A stretch of DNA of 64,000 nt from Camelus ferus (taxonomy: Eukaryota): assembly GCF_009834535.1 (NCBI RefSeq), contig NC_045696.1, positions 59,150,001 to 59,214,000 of the forward strand, in the 5' to 3' direction. Below are positions 53,098 to 64,000 of this stretch, one piece after another; position 1 is the stretch's first letter, and each line of letters begins with the position of its first letter. The notes beneath the pieces are model-generated. The model ran no database searches. It was given only the letters and a program-made list of their open reading frames with translations, and was not told the DNA's origin. The position numbers and the translations under genes were made by a program.

Positions 53098-56000
53098 TCA
53101 GGGAGGGGGTGAGGGAAAGAACATTAAGTGGCTTCTTTGTGCCAGACACTGTTTTTAGTTCATTTTTTAGTACAGGAAAAGCTTGAATATGTTACTTTAC
53201 ACTTAAGGTACAGAGACAGTTTAGGAAATAAAAAGATTTGTTCTTCTTTAAGGATGAGGAATAACCAACAAAAGTTTGATATGGAATTCCCTGAAGCATA
53301 TTGGGTCTGTTTTTTGGTTTTTTAAATTTTTTTTAGTCATTCCTTCCTAAGTGTTTTATGCATGTGTGTGCATGCACATGCAGAGACACACACGCATATA
53401 GGCATATATATATTGAGATATATATGTATTATATATGTATATATGAACAATATGTATATTATGTATATGTATATTAGGAGAGAGAAAACCATTGTTACTT
53501 TAAATTCCTTACTCTCTTTTATGAAGGAAGACTCCTAGTACCTGGAGGATCTTTTTTTTTAAACACAAAAATCTTTGTGCTTGGTACAATGGCTGTCTAC
53601 ATAAAGTTGGTATTGGGTAGTGGTAGGGGTATGTAAGATTGGAAAGAGAAGTTGGAAGAGAACTAAAATGACTTACATAAGAAAGGGGAGGAGTTGAAGG
53701 TGCTCTGGGATGAGCCAGGAAGCATTTCAGCTGGAGGCAGTGAGACGTGGAGCTTCACGGGAGGGGAGAGAAGGTTGGCAGGGCACTAAGGGAGGCTCAG
53801 GTGTGAAGACAAGCCAAAGAAGGGTTTGAGACGAACTTACATGGGGTATGTTCAGTGAAATTCTCCACTCTCTCCCCTCAAAAATTTCCTTAACATCTGC
53901 CTGCCCATCAGTGCTTTGTGTAGTGGACTTCATTTTGGTGCAGTGTGGAAAAACACTGAGCCATGTTTCAGGATTGACATATGATGGAAGGGGCTGCCTG
54001 CAGCAGGAAATAGACATACTCAGTTGACACCTGGGGCACTGATGCTGTATGGAAAGGCCTGCCTCCATCAGAAGTCTTGTAACTGACATCAGAAGTCTTG
54101 TAACTGACTACCGCTGGATCGCAGCCTCTGCCTCTCTCTTACTTTGTATTAATTTCTCCAGATCCAGGTAGTATAAAAAGAATACACAGGGAATTTTATA
54201 CAACCTATTTTAGGGTCGAGCCATACAATGATGGAGCAAACCATTGACTGTCTCTAAGCCCCCACGCAACGCAGAGCTACAGCTACCAGGACCAAAGCAA
54301 CTTCCAGGCACCTCTTGGAGGTCATCAGCAGAGAGGGCAGAAGAAATACTTTCAGGCCACCTCTACCAATTTGTGTGAGCAATCTCTGCAGACAGGTCAG
54401 TGTTGGGGTGGGTGTGGGCTCCAGGCATAGCACCAGACTTGGGTGATGTAAATGGGAGGGACGAGAGACACATGGCACTCACTTGGCAGAACTGACTGCC
54501 TAGGTAGAGAGTGACTGTCAGCAGCAACATCTTTAGAATTTTCAGTAGAGCTGGTTGTAGTCATGGATTTAGTCCTCTGTGGTTATTTAGCTTTGTTTGC
54601 AGCGAGCAATCCCATTGTTATTCAAATTGTGTGGTCACACATACCCACCACAAGACAGATTAGTTTATGTCCTGCTGATGCCTGGTAGGTGGTTTCCACA
54701 TGGACAGCACATATGCAGGGATAGTTTTGCTTGTGATGAATTAAATAGACATCTTGTCTTGGAAATATGTTGTGGAGTTTCACCTCTAAAACTGCTGCAG
54801 GTTTGTAAGTCACATAAAACCATCTGACAAGGGCTTTTCGTGTCTGAATAGATGGAGAATGCTCTTAGGTCATGCTCTGCTTTTTTACTGTAGTTAAACT
54901 ACAAACTGATTCTTCACGGATACCTAAAACATTTATAGCACATGATACAATATGGGAGCAAGCAGGCTACAACAGTGGAATGTTTTCTCCCATAAATGTC
55001 AGGGACAATACCAAGAAATGTCGTTTTTCTTGCTATAAAGCAGCAGTGCAACAATAAAATGGGATTTTAAACTATTGTATAGTATAAAACAACGTGTCTA
55101 GGTGTGCCAAAAGAAATTAGTCTTCTGACAGTAAAGTTCAGTCTTAGAGGTAATACATAAAATTTAGAATGGAAAACTAAACAGGGTTCATTACCAGGCA
55201 AAGTAACCCCATTTGTGTCCTTTTTTTTTTTTTTTTTTTAATGAGCACCACTGGCTTATTTTTCCTTCCATTTGTAAAAGCTTCATCCTAGCCCAGCCCA
55301 GGAGCATGAGTGCCCTGGCCGGGAGACTCTGAGGCTCCTCTCAGATTGTGCGCCTTCTCAAAGGCGTCCACACCTTTTACCCACCACCTGCTCAATCAGT
55401 GCATCTACCCAACCTCATGTGGAGGATTCTCCCTTCCCGCAACGAACCAGCTGTGCTCAGTAGTCTCTTACTCCCCACCCCTCTCTCCCTCTGAAGCGCT
55501 AGTAAGGAGGTCATCCCCAAACAGTTAAAAAAAGAAAAGCCTGAAAATGGTCTGGGAGGTCAGGTCAGCCCCCAACTCCTGCCCCAAGCCTCAGTTCCCC
55601 AGGTTCAAGCAGGCACTTTTGTCTTAAGAAGCAATTTCATAGCTGGGAGGCTTTCAGTGTGAAACTGTTTCAATCCCGGCCAGCACCTATTGTGTAAGCT
55701 CCTTCCGTTGAGCAGTCTCTCGGACACTCAGAGGACACCTGTGTTTGAGGCACACTGTTTGCAGCCAGGCGGATACTCCAACTGCCTCATCACTCTTGCC
55801 TCCTTTCTCCAGAATGCAACCTGTACCGGTGTGGACATCCTTGTGTTGAAGGAACAAATCAGTTCAAAGAAACACTCAAGGAAAGACAAAGATACAAAGA
55901 CAAGATACGAAGTGTCTCTGGCTGGGCGCAAGAATGAGTTTTAACAGCATTAGAGGAAGGTGTCACATTAAAGGAGTAAACCCAGGAGTGAACCTGCCTG

Positions 56001-56394
56001 AACTAATCCCACACAGTCCGCCCCGCAGGCTCCTCGCATCGTTCCCCCAGGTGCACTGCTGCCATCTAGTGGTGAGGCCTGAGAATGAGGCCCTGGTTTA
56101 CACCAGGGAAAGGCAGGCTAAACTGGGGGTACTCTTAAACCCTCCTTTCCAGTGGGACCGGGGTAGGGGTGGGGATTCTGGGACGGGGTGGGGTGTGCTT
56201 GTGCTGATAGGATGTGGTAATCTAACTCTTGCTGATTGCCCCAGGATACTCTGCCTATTGCCCTGGCGTCCTGCTGCTGTATGGTTCAATTAGGGGACAG
56301 CATCCACCCTCGCCCAATTTGCTGTATTTAATGTGTGGATTTTAAAGTACCAAAGCAATGCAAGAGCTGAACAACACAAAGATTATGCTAATCA

Positions 56395-56685
<291 letters not shown>

Positions 56686-56910
56686 TCATAAAATGACAGG
56701 AATCCTGGACATGAAGTCACCCAGTCTGTTTGACACTCTCAATATTGGGGAGTTCACTATGCCACAAGACAGATATATTGTTACAGAACTCTAAGGTTAG
56801 AAAGTGTTTTACTAATCCTTGGGTTTTGTTGTTGTAATTGTCATTTACGTTAAAAAAACGCACACTACTACCTATTCATTTAAAAAGTAGAGATCAACAA
56901 GAAATAAGAA

Positions 56911-57086
56911 GCTAGAAAGATATAGCTCAGTGGTAGATTGCTTGCCTAGCATGGACGAGGTCCTGGGTTCAATCCGTAGTACCTCCATTTAAAAATAAAT
57001 AAATAAACCTAATTACCTCCTCCCACCAAAAATAATAATAATAAATAAAATTGAGTGGTGTTATAAAAAAAGGAAGAAAAAAAAAA
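56911..57086 (+). mobile_element. tRNA-derived SINE (camelid Vic-1-like)
   Basis: A box TAGCTCAGTGG (56923-56933), B box GGTTCAATCC (56966-56975), aataaataaacctaattacctcc tail, A-rich end. Confidence 0.85.
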
Positions 57087-57419
57087 GAAGTAAGCAAAAG
57101 TACCCCTAGTGATATCACCCTGAAATATTAGTTGTCACCTTCCACAATTTTTCCAATGTAAATATATATTTCTACAAATAAAAATGGGGTCATACAAAAC
57201 AGCTTATCTACTTAACATCATAACATGATCATCTTCCATATCACACAACTCTTATTGGCTCAGTAAGAGTCATAGCAAAATTTACTCTATGAATCCTCTA
57301 TTATTTGACATTAGGTTATGTATTTCCAAATAAAAATAATCATTAAACAGCCACTTGATTAACATCTCTCTTTACATTTGCATGTACTCATCCACTTTAA
57401 TTGTAAAAGAGAAAACATA

Positions 57420-58910
57420 TATCTTGCTCAAAAAGTTCCAGGACAAATTGCAGCAAAACATGTAGATCCATAGAAAGCATACAACACAATGCACAAATAA
57501 ACAGAGTGAAAGACTTCATCTGCTTTTAATAGAAAAAGAGAGATTAGATAGTCTGAAAAGCCTTACATCTTCAAAATACCTGGATGCGAGACAAATCTCA
57601 GCAAACATACCTTTCAAATTGCTTTGCTGGGCTTACAAGAAAGTGAGTGAAGCAGAAACCAGGGTGGAAAGCAAATGCAGAAACTAAGGCTGACTTCAGG
57701 GCCAATGTAAACACCAGGAATTTGAAGCTTCGAGGTAAATGGGCTGGCAAGGAGTGAAAAAGTAACTGAACTGAAGGATTCTCTTACCCACTAAACCTGA
57801 AACCCATCAAGGCCCACATACTCTAAGTGTGAAACGGTGGGACTGAAAATATCTGCCTACTGACAGAGGGAAGCAGCACAGAGATCTGTCTTCCTTGCTG
57901 CTTCTTGTTGGGGGAGAAATAGTTTCCCAAGAATTTGTAGCCACAAGATAGATCTAAGTTTTAAATTTATACCATCAGCCTCGTTGGGAAATCCCAAGAC
58001 AAGAAATTAAATGGTCTCAGTTTGTTGGTACTCCATTATCTTTTACTTTATGTTCTTTTATTTAGAGAAAGATGAATATAAAGATACTAAATTTAGACTT
58101 TGTAAAAAGTCAAGTATGCATAGCAAAATTTCAAAGGTAATTAATACAGAAGTAATAAAACCAACTAACCAGTAAAAAGGAGAAAAGGAATGAAAAACAA
58201 CACAAAACAACTTGTTTGATCCAAAAGCAAGATGGGAGGGGCGGGGGGAAGCATAGGAAAAGTGTATAAGTAACAGATAGAGAAGAGTCCGTATATAACA
58301 GTAATCACAATAAAAAGAGAAGGTCTTAAATGTTCCAGTTAAAGATACAGAAATTAGCAGACTGGATTTTTAAAATATCCAGCTGTAGGCATATCTGAAA
58401 AGACACAAGAACACAGAAGACTGAAGGTAATAGGATATATGGATAAATAGTCAGATAAACAAAAGACGTGTTAATACCAGACAGAAGAGACTTTAAGGCA
58501 AAATGCATTGTTAGGAATAAAAAGGGTCACTGCATAGTCATAAAAGCCTCAATTTACTGGGAAGAGAGCGCAGGTCTCGATGAGAATGCTACAGACACCA
58601 ACATGGGTAAATCTCACGATACTGAGTGGAAAAAGCAATATATTATTTAGGTCACGTAAATAAGGCACAATATTGTAAGAAAGAACAAGAGAACAAGGGA
58701 TGATAAATACTAATTCAGAACAGCTGTTATCCTTGATGGGGAGGAAGAGGGGTATCAGGGAGATGGAACAGGAGTCCCAAAGCTATTAGTAATGTTCTAT
58801 GTTTCAAGCTGGATGGTGGATGCCTACATGTTTGTTTAATTATTTTTATGCCTAAATATACACTATGCATTTTATTTGTATGCATGATGTATTTCATTAT
58901 TTAAAAAGAG
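57420..58910 (+). mobile_element. Highly diverged L1M fragments
   Basis: Endonuclease-region remnant (LIPDRRDFKAKCIVRNKKGHCIVIK resembles L1 ILISDKIDFK...RDKEGHYIMIK); boundaries approximate. Confidence 0.6.
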
Positions 58911-58964
58911 TTACTGCTACAAGTTGTTTCTGATAACTTTTCATTTTATCTAGCAAAGGGCAGT

Positions 58965-59586
58965 GACTTATTTTATTCATATCATATACATAACATAAAA
59001 TTGACCACTTTAACTATTTTTAAGTTCAGTGGTATTAACTTTCACATTGTTGTGCAACTGTCACCACCATCCATCTCAGAACTTTTTCATCCTCCCAAAT
59101 TGAAACTGCACCCATTAAACAAAAACTCCCATTCACCTCTCCCCAGCCTGGAAACCACCATTCTGTCCTCTGTCTCCATGAATGTGATTATTCTAGGTAC
59201 CTCATATAAGTGAAATCAGACAATATTTGTCCTTTTGAGTCTGTTTTTTTTCACTTAGCATAATATCCTCAAGGTTCATCCATGTTGCAGTATGGGTCAT
59301 AATTTATTTTCTTTTTAAGGCTGAATAATATTCCATTGTATGCATAGACCACACTTTGTTTATACATTCATCTTTTGGTGAACATTTGAGTTGTTTCCAC
59401 TTTTTGGCTATTGTGAATAATGCTGCTATGAACATGGGTGTACAAATATCTGTTCCCAGTCCCTGCTTTCAGTGCTTTGGGGTATATGCCTAGAAGTGGG
59501 GTTTCTGGATCAGATAGCAATTCTAATTTTAATTTTTTGAGAAACCACCATACTGTTGTTTTCCACAGAGGCTGCACCATTTTACT
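58965..59586 (-). mobile_element. L1MB-like 3' end
   Basis: VQPLWKT..W.FLKKLKLEL.DP..PLLGIYP remnant plus 3' UTR. Confidence 0.87.
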
Positions 59587-60208
59587 GACTGCAAAAATTT
59601 TGACAGGACCTTTTAGTTGTACAATTGTTTGATTTCTATTGAAGGCTCAAGTGGCCTCATGTAAATGGAAAGATGGCCCAGCTCTAATTAAATAGGTTTC
59701 CAGGACAACAATAACAATAACCCTTTGTTCGTACAGAGCAAACCTAAGCAAAGCCTTCACCTCATTGCCTCAGTGAGGAGATCACGTCACTATTCTGTGA
59801 TCTCTCTTCATTTTTGGGCAAAGAATCTCTAGTAAGTTCTTCATACACAGTGTCTTTTCTCAATGCTCAGTCCTTCTTTAACCTCTTGCCACTTTTTCTG
59901 CTCATCATTCCTTTGGCCCCTTAAAAGTCATCAGTTACATCTGTTAACTTCTTATCTGCACCAGATACTGTGCTAAGTATTCTGTATGCATTTTTTCACT
60001 TAATCCACAAAATATCCCTGAGGTAAGTTTTATTATCACCATTTTACAGATGATGAAACTAAGAAAGAGGATAAAACCTTTGAAATGACATGTAACTAAT
60101 AAGTGACAGGCAGGATTTGAACATACAGAGTCTAAGGCCAGAAATGGCCTGTTAAACTTGATTGTCCTTTCTTTCTTGAGGCTTTGTTTGTTTGTTTGTT
60201 TGATTTGT

Positions 60209-60482
60209 TACGATCCAGCAATCCCACATCTGGGCATATTTCCAGAGAAAACTGTAACTTGAAAAGATACATGCACCCCAATGTTCACAGCAGCAGTATT
60301 TACAATAGCCAAGGCATGGAAGCAACCTAAATGTCCACTGACAGACGATTAGATAAAGATATGGTGTATACACACACAATGGAATACTCCTCAGCCATAA
60401 GAAAGAATGAAATAACGTCATTTGCAGCAACATGGATGGAACTAGAGATTATCAAACTATATAAAGTGAGCCATAAAGAGAA
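60209..60482 (+). mobile_element. Young L1 ORF2 C-terminal fragment
   Basis: gatccagcaatcccac...gcagcaacatggatggaactagag; lacks its own 3' UTR and A-tail. Confidence 0.85.
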
Positions 60483-62340
60483 AGGCTTTCTCTTCTTTTG
60501 ATGACATGCACCATTCTTGTTTTTCTATTTTCCTCAGCACTGTGTCCATAACTCTTATTCCCCCTTCCTCCTGCTAAGCAAGACTAGTAATCTTCCCAAA
60601 GCTCAGCCTCGAGCATTCTGTATTCTCGGAGCGCTCACATCCTCTAATGGCTCCGGCACATCTCCACTAAAACTCATTCTCCATCTTCCAACCAAGTCTC
60701 CTCTCCAGATTTGTTTCTCAGCATAATGCCACCATTTTCTGAGTCATTTTGCCTCAAAGCCCTGGAGCCATCTAGTCTTTTTAATCTGTTGAATCTGCCG
60801 CTCAATCCCATTGATATTTCTTTTGCCATGTGTCTCCAACTCATCCCTTCCTCTCTACTTCCACTTCTTTCACTCTGGTTCAGCCCCTCATCACCTATTT
60901 GTGCAGCCTCCTAGTTGCTCTCCTCGCTGTCTCGGGTCTTTCTCTGGTCTCTTCTGCCCAGTGTGTCCAGATCTCTCTTCTGTACTGCTGTGAATAGGTC
61001 AGAGAGCCCTGCTCGCAAAATGATCATCATAAACTGACTTTCAAGGTTCCCCATGATTTATCCATATAATTTTACTAGTATTTACCAACACAGATTTCTA
61101 AAACATAGTCTACTCTGGCCACTTTCCAGGAAATTATACATTCAAAGCCTAACACTTTGTCATTCATTGTTAGCAGTGCTCTGTCCTGCTGTTTTCTTTT
61201 CCTCAGTATGTTGCTAAGTCTGGCTGGCTTACTTGAGGTGCCCTCCCTCCCTCTTCCTCTCCATCTATTCAAACCCTGCACACCCCCCACCTCAAGTTTC
61301 ATCTTGAGTCCATTCTATGCCATAGGCCTTCCTGCAAAACTTGAGTATCACCAAATATTATCTGTAGTACACATTTTACCATTTCATCCCATTTTGCCTT
61401 TTATAGATCTCTAAAGCTGAGCTGCTCGCAAGTGATCATGGCAGAATGGGCTACAGGTGTGCCTCGAGGGAGATTGATGATTGTAAACTTTTCATAGTGA
61501 TACAAAATTTACAACCATTCACAAGTTAATAACAGTTGAAATTATATTTGGATACTGTTTTACTCAGTCGGTAAACTTCCAGATTTCTGTAATTATTGTT
61601 TTTGTGCTTAAGGTTTTGTGCAGAGCACCTGCCAAGAGATGCTAGTATAGAAATTCCCCCTTTAACCACATGTTAAACCCATCTCTATAAGTATGATTAT
61701 TGTTTTAATCACAATGTATTTATTGTCAGTGACAGTCTTTTGTGCATATGTGTTTCAAATACTTAGTTCTTCCTTTGATTCAATTTGCTCTTATTTTTAA
61801 AATTATTTCCTCCCTAAAAAGAAGGCATATATTTTCATCATTATCATCATCATCATCATCATCATCAGTTGCCATTAATAAAACATAATTGACTTTGTCC
61901 ATTTAAAAAAATTGACTTGATTTATACATTTATTTATTTTTGGCATTTGATGTAATATCCAAAATCTTATTCTTAATGGAATTTTATGACATTATTTGTT
62001 TAAAGAAATAAAATATATGTTTGCTTCTAAAAGCAAATAATAGTGGAAAATAATTTAATTGGTTCAGTAAAAGGACTGTAAGCCTTTAATAGCTTATAAA
62101 AATATTTTTCAAAATATTTTAACTATACTTGAGTATAAATAATATTTATATTTTGTGGAAAATTTAGCATTTTAATTGTTAAATTAACTGGTAACATTTC
62201 TAGAATTTCCCCTTATCAAAAAGCTTAATTTTTCAAAAGTTTTGTGATTTATTTAAAAATATTCTTAAGAAAATGGACAACCTTATTTTCTTTGAAAATT
62301 GACTTGTTGTAGTAATAAAGGCCTATAATCTCCTTAAATG

Positions 62341-62462
62341 TTTTATTTTTTGGTTGGGGGAGCTATTTAGGTTTATACATTTTTTAAGCAGCAATACTGG
62401 GGATTGAACCCAGGACCTCATGTGTGCTAAGCATGCATTCTACCACTGAGCTATACCCTCCC
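62341..62462 (-). mobile_element. tRNA-derived SINE (Vic-1-like)
   Basis: Reverse complement GGGAGGGTATAGCTCAGTGGTAGAATGCATGCTTAGCACACATGAGGTCCTGGGTTCAATCCCCAGTA; tccttaa flanks both sides. Confidence 0.87.
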
Positions 62463-62616
62463 TTTTCCTTAAGTATGATTTCTTTTCCAACTATAAAGTA
62501 CAATTTTAAATTAAATATTAATATTTAATTATAGTTTAATACTGTTTAGATATTCACAGACATATACAGTAGCCAAAAAATATAAATTTAAGTCACTTAT
62601 TAGGTAATAAAGTGAG

Positions 62617-64000
62617 AAGTATTTCAAATTTGGATTTGTTTGCCCTGATAATTTTCTTTACCTAAATATCTGCCTAAATGTCTTATTTTCATGGAAAAGT
62701 TATCAAATGAAAAAAGCGGTGCCAGGTAAATTATGCCAGCGCCTTAATAGAAGATATCTGTATTATACAGATACTCTCTTAAGAGAGTAATTCTTTAAGG
62801 TTTGATCTCAGTGCCCCTGTAAATTCCTAAAGGTTCTTGAGGACCCGAAAGAGCTTTTGTTAATGTTGGTTATATCTAGCAATATTTATTTTAGAAATTA
62901 AATGTTTTTATTTTAAAATAAAAGTAAATCCTTTGTATGTTAATACAGGTAACAAATTTTTATTAAAAAAAAACAACTATAGTTTCCAGAGATTAAAAAA
63001 ATCCTTAATGACAAGCATGGCATTGTTTTACATTTTTTGCAGATCTTTTAATGTCTTATTTAATAGAAGGTACCTAGATTCTCATATCTGCTTTGCATTC
63101 AATCTGTTGTGATATCACACATGATGTAGTTTCTCAAACACTCCACTGTATACTCATAAGAAGAGGAGTGAGAAAGACATATAGTGTCTCAGTATTATTA
63201 CAAAAATAGTTTTAACTTCATGGATTTTTACTCCCCCAATTCTCAAGGATCCTTAGAAGTCCCTGAAACCACACTTTGAAAACTACTTTTTTTAAATGAA
63301 ATTGCTTAATAACAGTATTTTCAACTACAATAATAGTTTATGTCAGATTGGGTTCAAGAGACTAATTAAAAGGTGACATAATTGAGAATTAAGGCCAAAA
63401 TGTCTGCTACAATTACAGAATCACTCATTTTATCAACCTCCCTGGGAAATGACCAAGTTTGGGACAAAATGAAACAAGGAAAATATAAAAATGGAAAATT
63501 ACTATTAGAAGATTCATTGTTGACAGTCTCCACAAGACCAATTAATCAAAGTGTTTCCTTGCAGGGCACTGAATCTACAGATGCTAATAACAGTATTCAG
63601 TTAATAGCACTAGATAGAATCCCTGGAGAGGAAGGCTTGGCGGAATATTGATTTGCCAGAAAGTACCAAAACAAACTACTCAGGAAGAGGTATTTGGGGT
63701 AGTAACCAAATACTTTAAAACAAACAAGATTTTCTGGATTATGCAAGCACAGCGGTTTCTGTACTGGTGGGAAAGCTGTGATGACAGGAAGGTGGGAAGG
63801 CTTTACATCATATCTGTTCTCCATGTTCTGAACACCTGCGATGCAATAAGACATTGCTTTGTTCACATAGAGCTCTTGCCTGTAGATGTGAATTCCATAT
63901 TAAAGGATGTTACTAATAAAATCCAGGCTGCTATAGTTCCGTCTGGTTTCAGCTTTACGTGAAGAGACAGTCTGCTGTTTCCTACTAAGTCACCTATCAA
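62617..64000 (+). pseudogene. Decayed hAT (Charlie/Buster, ZBED5-like) transposase; the element probably starts near 61420 and runs past the window end
   Basis: Collinear motifs across frameshifts: YFKFGF..PKCLIFMEKLSNE, KAKMSATITESLIL, SLQGTESTD, ICQKVPKQTTQEEVF, CTGGKAVMTG, HCFVHIELL. Confidence 0.8.
62785..63287. mobile_element. Non-autonomous hAT-Charlie element inserted into the transposase fossil
   Basis: gaggacccgaaagagcttttgtt..., gattctcatatctgctttgcattcaatctgttgtgatatcac and ...ccacactttgaaaactac terminus match a recalled Charlie-type consensus. Confidence 0.7.

Noticed and set aside
56921..56985. Apparent tRNA gene (also 62395-62462)
   Set aside because: A and B boxes are present, but they are followed by a SINE-specific tail and A-rich end, and the sequence is multicopy; it is a SINE.

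Overview
Mammalian genomic DNA, probably a camelid (inferred from Vic-1-like tRNA-derived SINEs and one young L1 3'-UTR family; no Alu, BovB/Bov-tA or PRE-1 seen). Two spliced genes lie in tandem on the minus strand. ROPN1 (ropporin-1) has a complete CDS of 5 exons (56634 to 46664; 639 nt = 212 aa + stop), with its 5'-UTR exon probably beyond the right edge. CCDC14 has coding exons 1-12 (34416 to 4319; 1907 nt, all GT-AG, phases consistent), a CpG-island promoter at about 34.2-34.9 kb, and its last exon beyond the left edge. The rest is intron or intergenic DNA rich in L1, L2, MIR, ERVL/MaLR LTRs and DNA transposons. Most ORFs in the supplied track are spurious or L1 ORF2 debris. I see no convincing new biological system. 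The most notable items are a split hAT (Charlie/Buster-like) transposase fossil, a short orphan retrocopy nested in an L1, a candidate L1 3' transduction, a 20-bp templated insertion and several CCDC14 isoform signals. Gene and repeat names come from my recall of homologues and consensus sequences, not from database searches; repeat boundaries without TSDs are approximate.
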